Positions 55,290 to 64,000 of a stretch of DNA of 64,000 bases are shown piece by piece (the first letter of the stretch is position 1; each line of letters starts with the position of its first letter). The stretch comes from Octopus vulgaris (Eukaryota). The position numbers were made by a program, and so were the translations under genes. The notes under the pieces are model-generated. The model saw nothing but the letters and a program-made list of their open reading frames with translations. It made no database searches and was not told the origin of the DNA. The stretch spans positions 23,622,001 to 23,686,000 of the forward strand of contig OX597815.1 of assembly GCA_951406725.2 (NCBI GenBank). The letters run 5' to 3'.

Positions 55290-55948
55290 CATTAATAAAT
55301 TAACGAGCTGGACCCGTTAATATTTCACGGAATTAATGGTAAACCTATTGGGCTATTTTTGAAAACTTAATCCAAAAAACCTGAAAGCGTAGCCTGTGTT
55401 TAATCTTTATGGAGAGATAGTCACTCATCTGTTACTCATTGAAAAGTGAAAGAAATCGGAATACAATGATTACTTAATGCACTTTATATATAAACACTTT
55501 ATATACTTTATGCTCAGTTTCATAAACTTAATACACAGCATTCATAAATTAAATATTCAATCTTATTTTTCCATTTGTCCCATAAACAAACAAAAAATAT
55601 GCAGTACATATGATACAACCTTTAGTTAAATTGCATATATCTGCCACGTAAATAAGCGTGAATATTTCACGGAATTGCACTTATGCTCATGCGTTAAGTG
55701 ATAGGTGATGTAAAAATTTAGCAATAAAAAATACTTTTTACTATCCAACCACCACCACCTCTCTTCCCCCTCTCTGTCTCCCTCCACACTCTCTCTCCTC
55801 TCACCTCTCTCCCTCCTCTCCCTCCCTTCTCTCTGTATGCCTTTCTTTAACCTCACCATCAGAATATCACTCCCTCTGCTAAAATAATATTTCAAACTTT
55901 TTTTAACCACGTAATAAATATAATATTCCCCTACCTCACTTCATGGAC

Positions 55949-55985
<37 letters not shown>

Positions 55986-56299
55986 TCGTCTTATCCTCTT
56001 TTTTCTCTCCTGTTCTTTCTCCTCTCTTTCCCTTCAACTAACCAAGAGAAAGCGTTAAATTACATTCCCTCTACTTCATGTCATGGACGCTTCTCACTCC
56101 CTCTTTTCTCCCTTCCTCTTTTCTCCCTCCCTCTTTTCTTTCTCTTTTCTTTCTCCCTCTTTTTCTATAATTACGTGAAAGCGTTACCGACGGGCTAAGT
56201 AACGCAATGACAAGACTAGCTGACCCCGTGCCGTCAAAAATGACCGCTAATTGTGGTATTTTATATATAAATAAGGTACAAAATCAAGTTTTTAGTTGA

Positions 56300-56480
56300 A
56301 TAATTCTTTTATTACCAATTTTTTTTGGGGAAAATCTATCCGTAACTAACATCCCTTGAGTGCTTGTTTTCTTTAAAAGAATTCTTAAGCTCTCCTTCCT
56401 TCTTGTATGACTTAAGGCCGCATAAAGCTGGACGTGACTAAATACGGGAGCTGGCAAATAAATACCAACTTTTTCGAAGC
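56300..56480 (-). mobile_element. Helitron/PIF1 helicase remnant
   Basis: FEKVGIYLPAPVFSHVQLYAALS; a Helitron-like CTAG end lies near 56216. Confidence 0.75.
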
Positions 56481-56689
56481 GACGTTTCCTTTCAATTGCG
56501 CTCTCCATTACTGAAACCAGCCTGAACTCATACGACTTAAAGCCACAAAAGGCAGTCCATGACTTATAATTGATGTTGTAAAAACTCCCTATTCAAAATT
56601 TATCACATAAATTTCTTAATATAAATAAATTAGCACATGTATGAACTGTTAAATGTGTATTTGTAATATACTTTTCAACTGCAGTCGTT

Positions 56690-57095
56690 GGATCTTTTCG
56701 GTTTGAACAGCAGTTTTTTAAAAATAATTTCCACGTAACTAAACACTTTTAAACTTCGTATACTGGTAGAATGTGTTTATAAAACATCTTTTTCTCTTGG
56801 CTTTATTGAGAAAATTCTATAGTTTGTAAGATATTTGTTGTTTTTTTCTTCAATTTCTGCAATTTCAACCAATCAATGACGTCTATTGAGGTAAAAAAAC
56901 ATTCTGTGCCGTATGAATATGTCCCTCGTTTAAGAAACAGATTGGGTTTATTTACATTTGTGAAGAAAAAAAGATACCCTTCCCCTAACCCTAAAACAGA
57001 TTGAAATGCAATAGATCGATACTAGGGTCATAATTATGGATAACAATTTCAAATGACACCGCTAGAAAAAACTGCCGTTCAAACCGAAAAGATAC
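56690..57095 (+). mobile_element. TIR MITE with 8-bp TSD
   Basis: CAGTCGTT at 56682-56689 and 57096-57103; empty paralogous site at 57433-57440. Confidence 0.88.
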
Positions 57096-57788
57096 CAGTC
57101 GTTTTATATTCTTGATACTCTCAGGCAATAATTATTTTCTCAAATGAGTTTGTATATGTATATGTTTGTGTAAATGTGTGTGATTGCAATAAATATTTGT
57201 AATACAACAGATAGAATATGGATGGTAATTCAAATTAATGCACTTCTCAATATTATCTAGTGGCTGAATATTGAGATGTGACATTGATCATCGTTAATTA
57301 CTGAAATAACGCTGGTTAGTTTATGCATAGTTACTAAAAGAATACCGAGTAAAAACTTCTTAATATAAATAAATTAAGAACATGTATAAACTGTTAAATT
57401 AAGATGTGTATTTATAATATACTTTTCAACTGCAGTCGTTTTATAGTTCTTGATACACTCAGGCGATAATTATTTTCTCTAATGAGTTTGTATATGCATA
57501 TGTTTGTGAAGGTGTGTGTGATTGTAATAATTATTATTAACAAAACAGATAGAATATGGATGGTAAATCAAATTAATACACTTGTCAATGTTATCTAGTG
57601 GTTGTCTTTTGAGATGTGATATCGATCATCTTTTGTTACCGAAAGAAAATTGATTCACACATACAAACATTCACATGCTTCCCTTGTACACGCATACACA
57701 TACAACACGCACATACATATACTCACGGAGTTGAAACGCTGTTTGATTTTTCTTTTCAGCGTTGAATGTTCACCATCCCACTGCCATT

Positions 57789-57830
<42 letters not shown>

Positions 57831-58537
57831 CATTCACATACCTCCCTTTTACATACATATACTCAGAGTTGAAACGCTGTTTGAATTTTTTGAATTTTTC
57901 ACCGTAGAATTTCCATCATCCCACTACCGAGTTTGCAATCACCCCTTCCTTCCTCATTCCTTTATCACCCCTTCCTTTCTCATTCATATGTTGTGACTGA
58001 GAAAAAAAAAGTATTATTATAGTAGATGAAATATAACATTCGGCTATGAATCTTTCATTTAAAAGATGAGGCTTTCTCATCTTACGGCTGCAAATGACTA
58101 TGGGCCTATTTGAGAATTAAGGTCAATTGTAAAATAAAGTGAAAAAGAAATTTTGACCGGAAACTTTCATAGTAAACAGAAATAAAGACAAATAGATATG
58201 GAATGATAAACACCTTTCAATAAGGAACATTCGAAAATACAGTGATATAAGTTATTAATAGAGTAGATATAAGAAAATAAAATCATGTGTTGAGCACTCT
58301 GTATCTCTGCTATGATATAATATATTGGAAATACATTTTGAAACAATATCATATGAATTACTCTCCCGAGGGGGCAGTTGAGCGTTTTAATTTAGAACTA
58401 GCACTATGACCCGTGGAACTTTAGGTGTTTTCGCTCAATAAACACTCACAGTGCCCGGTTTGGGAATTGAAGCCGCGATCCTACGAACATAAGTCCGCTG
58501 CCCTAACCACTGGGTCATTGCGCCTCCATGTGTGTGT

Positions 58538-58585
<48 letters not shown>

Positions 58586-59016
58586 TTGTGTGTATGTATA
58601 TGTACATACTTGTAGGCTAGTAGGTATGAATATACGCACAAGCACGAATGAATAGTTAACAAATTTGTTTCACAATCGTGAGGTTTTGGGTTCGATTCCA
58701 CTGCATAGCATCTTGGGAAAATGTCACTCCACATTCTTCGAATCGCATCAAGCCAAGCGAACGCAATTGGATAGACAGAAACTATGGAAGCCCATCGGAT
58801 AGAATGTACTCGTAATTTAAAAGGACAATCAAGTTAGACACTGTATCACGCTGATTGTGCTTGAGGCTTACGTTACGGGACCAAGAATCCCTAATATTAT
58901 AGTTTAATGACGAGGGTTTTCAGTTGATCAAATTACTGGAATAATCATCCACGGAAACGAGGATATTCATTTAGTACATACACACATGCATGTGTGTGTT
59001 TGTGTGTGTGTTGTGC

Positions 59017-59050
<34 letters not shown>

Positions 59051-59120
59051 GTAATATATATATGTATATATATATATGTATATATATATGTATATATATA
59101 TATGTATGTATATATGTATG

Positions 59121-59162
<42 letters not shown>

Positions 59163-59234
59163 AATATATATATACGCATACATATATACGTATGTATGTA
59201 TGTATGTATGTATGTATGTATGTATGTATGTATG

Positions 59235-59298
<64 letters not shown>

Positions 59299-59928
59299 AA
59301 CAATATGTTGAAAAGGTTGTAATTCTTTAAGTCGGGTGCAACGATTTATATGTATCAAATAAAAGAAAAGAAAGAAAATATCATTATTAATTGAAGTCAC
59401 CCTTTATTTTTATTGTTACAATGTAAGGTACAACTTGGAGTTGTTGTTATATACAGTTTATTTGCCGTTCCGTTATCGATTTTGTAGGTAGTTAACTTCA
59501 TCTATGAGTGATTGCTAGAAGACGGGTGGAAAAAAGGGAGAAAGAGAGAGAGAAAGAGAAAGAGTAAGAGTTTACTTCTTTGTGGTGACAAGTAGAGAGC
59601 GTGAAAGTCAAACGCCCCTCATTGACAAGCCATAAAGGAAGAGACAAAAAGAAGTATTCTTCGGTTGAGAGCCAAGTGACCAAAGAAATAGAACCGATTT
59701 TGGGTTCCGTATTTATATACTTTTTAACTAAATCAGGCCAGTCTAAACAAAAAAAAAATCCCGTCTCCTATCTGCTTTGACCTAACTTTGACTCGAAATA
59801 GTCGCTTAATCAATAGGACTTATCTAAACACGACACTTGCCTCTCATGAATTTCTAAGTGCAAAAGTCGAGAACAATTGGAAAGGAACTGGTAGAAAAAC
59901 CTTATTAAAGAATCTAGGAAGTTATTCG

Positions 59929-60013
<85 letters not shown>

Positions 60014-60795
60014 ATATAATATAACGTAATATATATATATATATATAGCAAAGACATATATCGGAATGACGGTCAACTCGCTCAAGGGAAGATACACACA
60101 ACACCTGGCGTCATTCAGGGACAAAAATAAAAGACATGCGACATCCTTATCCAATATGATATGAACATTGAAAGAAGTAAGCAAACCCCGGATAACCATG
60201 GAGCATCACTGCTAAAGCCAGAAAACACAGAAAACGGGATACCAAATGTGAACTCTGTATCACTGAAAATCTAAATATCATACAGTCAACAGATGACATC
60301 CTAAATATTAGGGATGAAACACTCTCTCTCTCTCTGCATACTCAAGCGATATTTCACACTTCGATATTTCAAAGTGGAACTACCACCCGCGCCGCCAATC
60401 TCACAAGAATAGTTTCGTTTCCTGAATATGAACATTGAATATATACAACACACTAACTCCACACAGAAAAAAACAACAACAATTCCCCACTGACGAACTC
60501 CCTCAGCACACAAACATACGAGCACCACATATAGACAGAATATAATATAGTATAATGCAAACAAATTTACCATCCTACACGGTTCTTTTTCCCCAAAAGT
60601 CAAATCCAAGGGAGATAATTACTCCAAAGGTGTCATCCAAAAGTAACGCCCTTTGATTTCTCGTTTTCTTTACGAAACTTTTTATAATTACTTTTTTGTG
60701 TTTTCATCCAAAATGGAGACGAACACCATTCCTCCATGTGATCGGCTTGAAAAATTGATAAGATATTTTTAAAACATGAAACCAATGGTAGCCTT

Positions 60796-60833
<38 letters not shown>

Positions 60834-60922
60834 CATATAAGCCGTGTAAGAGTTCATAAGTCAAGAAAAATGCAGTCGTATAACAGTCAGTAGAGTGGAT
60901 ATATAAATCGACGTGTATATAC

Positions 60923-61119
60923 ATTACGGCCGATCTTACTAATTGGTTTCGCACTAGGGGTTCGACGGAGTGTTTAGGTAACAGTCCGATTATGTAACCT
61001 TGCACTCTTCAGATTCCACAGCGGCTAACTCTGAAGAATGCAGGGTTATATAATTGGATTGTTACCTAACACTCCGTTGAACCCCAAATGCGAAACCGAT
61101 TGGTAAGATCAGCGGTAAT
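60923..61119. repeat. imperfect inverted repeat (about 90-bp arms)
   Basis: GATCTTACTAATTGGTTTCGCA...TCTTCAGA pairs with TCTGAAGA...TGCGAAACCGATTGGTAAGATC. Confidence 0.85.
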
Positions 61120-61236
61120 TGATATATAATATTATATACTTCGATATATATATATACATGCACACACATATATATGTAAACAGATATACACACACACATA
61201 TATATATATATATATATCATATATATATATATATGC

Positions 61237-61291
<55 letters not shown>

Positions 61292-61348
61292 CACACACAC
61301 GTATATTGCACATACACACATACATACGTACATACATACATACATACA

Positions 61349-61379
<31 letters not shown>

Positions 61380-62595
61380 TTATATATATATATTTACATA
61401 CGTGGAGAGCATATGTAAATTTATATATATGCGTGTGCATCTCTGTAGGTGGGTAGGTGTTAATGTTTTATAAATAAGGTATATTTTCTTTCCCCTATCT
61501 TTTAAACTGAGACGTTTAATCTTTTCACTTACGATATTTCAATGAATATGTTTTACTTTTTTCTCTACCCAAGTATACGTTTGACTAAAGCAGTATAGAA
61601 TTAGCAGATGTTAAATAAAAAAAATACAAGGAGAAATAACTCAAGTGGGACAAAACATGAATTTGGATGAATTTAGATAAGTGCCTAGTTCTTTTTGTAA
61701 AATCTTTATCGACTGAACAAGCAAGCTCGTGGTTTACAGTGCTTACTGACAAAGTCCAGTAAGATCGAAAAATGCCTATAGCTCTCGCCGTGTGTATTAA
61801 CAAAGACCTGATTGTTTTCTTCTTAGCAAGTACATTAAAGTTTGTTAACTTAATTTTTAATAGCCATTTATGCATCATACTCAAGGTATATACACCGTTG
61901 ATAGACCAGTTACTGCTGTATTCGTCCTGAGATAATATCGCTTATAGATGCACTGTTTTAAAAACACTATAAATATCGGGAGAGTCGAAAAATCGCTGAC
62001 TGCGAGTACATGTCATTGAAAAGGTCCAAAAAGGTCAAAATGCATTCGGCATTCTCGTTTGCTGCTGTAATGGCGAATTTTAATTTCGTCCGGCGTGCTA
62101 ACGTTTCTGCCAGTTTGTCGCCTTTACATTATAAAGACATTATAAAAAGCGATTTCGAAATAAGAAGTCCACAATACATATATAGAGACATCGACTCTAC
62201 AGATAAGACACAGCTAATAACACACTCCAAAGATTAAGCTTCTCAAATGCGTATACTGGATTTAAAATTTTTAATACTTAGAAATTTCTTCCCTTTTCTT
62301 TGATAGTCGCTAACAATTACTGCTATCTTCTTTTGTTTTCTTTCTTGAACTAAGTTACTTATGTACAATAATGTACAATAACTAAGTTACTAAGAGGCAA
62401 ATTTCAGTTAATTGGGAATTTCTTACCTATATAATTGAGTACATCATTTCTCCCTCATTTATTTAAATTTATGCGATTACCTTAGTTTTTTTCTTTAACT
62501 CATTATAATTTTTATTATGCAAATTATTACGGACAAAAACTCTTTGTCAGTCTTTTTCTGTTTATAATATATCTGTCAAGACAGGTTCGAATTTC

Positions 62596-62643
62596 GCTAT
62601 GCTTTACTGACGAGGTTCACTGTTACGGAAACATGTCTATGGC
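62596..62643 (+). ncRNA. minimal hammerhead ribozyme motif (core intact, stem II base mismatched)
   Basis: GCTA-TGCTT-TA CTGACGA GGT-TCACTGTT-ACG GAAA C-AT-G TC TA-TGGC. Confidence 0.55.
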
Positions 62644-62967
62644 TGTCATCTTATCTGCTCAAGAAGCTCAAAGCACACAAGTAAAGTTTTGTAAAAATAG
62701 TTTTTAATGTTTTGAAATGATCTCCCCTTTTCCTTGAAAATCACCAACTATTACTGTTAGTCTTTTTAATTAACAACTGTTATATGCTACGTGACACAGG
62801 TGAGATTGTTATTCCAGTATAATCTTTCTAACTTTTTTTATTGGCTGAGAAAGATCTTTGAATATCTAAAATCGAGAGACAACGCATATGAAGTCAAATG
62901 AGTCAAATATAAATCGATAACAAGTTTTCGAAAAAAAAAAAGAGAAGGGAATATACATTATAAAGAT

Positions 62968-63538
62968 ATTCTTTTCTACTCTAGACACAAGACCCGAAAT
63001 TTTGGGGGAGGAGGCCAGTCGATTAGATCGACCCCAGTATGCGTATGCAACTGGTACTTAATTTAATCGACCCCGAAAGGATGAAAGGCAAAGTCGACCT
63101 CGGCGGAATTCAGAACGTAGCCTATTTTTTTACTACCCACAAGGGGCTAAACACAGAGAGGACAAACAAGGACAGACAAACAGATTAAGTCGATTACATC
63201 GACCCTAGTGTGTAACTGGTACTTAATTTATCGACTCCGAAAGGATGAAAGGCAAAGTCGACCTCGGCGGAATTTGAATTCAAAACGAAGCGGCAGACGA
63301 AATACTTATTTCTTTACTGCCCACAAGGGGCTAAACACAGAGGGGACAAACAAGGACAGACAAATGGATTAAGTCGATTACATCGACCCCAGTGCGTAAC
63401 TGGTACTTAATTAATCGACCCCGAAAGGATGAAAGGTAAAGTCGACCTCAGCGGAATTTGAACTCAGAACGTAGCGGCAGACGAAATACCGCTAAGCATT
63501 TCGCCCGGCGTGCTAACGTTTCTGCCAGCTCGCCGCCT
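62968..63538 (-). mobile_element. three tandem partial copies of the third SINE family
   Basis: Core GACCCCGAAAGGATGAAAGG repeated near 63070, 63233 and 63417. Confidence 0.8.
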
Positions 63539-64000
63539 TTACATTATAAAGATATTATAAAAAGCGATTTCGAAATAAGAAGTCTACAATACATATATAG
63601 AGACATCGACTCTACAGATAAAACACAGCTAATAACACACTCCAAAGACTAAGCTTCTTGTTAAGGATCAGAAAATAATCTGTCGCTCATCAATTGTTGG
63701 CCCACGATAAAGTCCAAATAAAATCTGCAATCAACTATCCTGCTGCCACCCACACTGACAAACATCTTAAGCTGTATGCAAAAGAAGGCACTCTAACAGA
63801 TTCGCAGAGGTTCATAACGTTTCTAGTCCTTGGATGTGCTGTCTTCCCTCACATCTGCATCCAAAGCCTCTGAGAGAAATTTTGCAAAGGGGAGGAATAA
63901 GACTGCTCTGGTATTCCGCAAGGAGGAGGAGATCCTCTTGAAACTCAAAGAGACTGTGAGATTTTTTTATTCTGGAGGGCAAAATCCGGCAGAAAATGAC

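Noticed and set aside
60633-60857. Possible minus-strand coding exon (ADHMEEWCSSPFWMK...)
   Set aside because: Weak acceptor, no recognisable homology, ORF begins in a microsatellite

Overview
AT-rich, repeat-dense animal genomic DNA. The SINE/RTE/microsatellite repertoire looks like a coleoid cephalopod, probably Octopus (inference). Genes: a complete 11-exon CDK7 on + (CDS 2959-26001, 339 aa, all introns GT-AG) lies head-to-head with coding exon 1 of an oligoribonuclease/REXO2 gene on - (2809-2636). The two start codons are only 149 bp apart and share an ETS-containing promoter. The rest of the window is mostly RTE and CR1/L2 LINE remnants, tRNA-derived SINEs, mariner, hAT, piggyBac-like and Helitron remnants, and microsatellites. 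The main finding is at 40501-41884: a near-identical 353-bp tandem array (about 2.8 units plus about 1.2 inverted units) inserted in a (TA)n tract. Each unit carries a complete type I hammerhead ribozyme, the architecture of a non-LTR retrozyme producing circular RNA. Further dispersed hammerhead or hammerhead-like motifs, several inside long palindromes, suggest a larger Penelope-like/ribozyme landscape. Coordinates were counted by hand; repeat boundaries are approximate.
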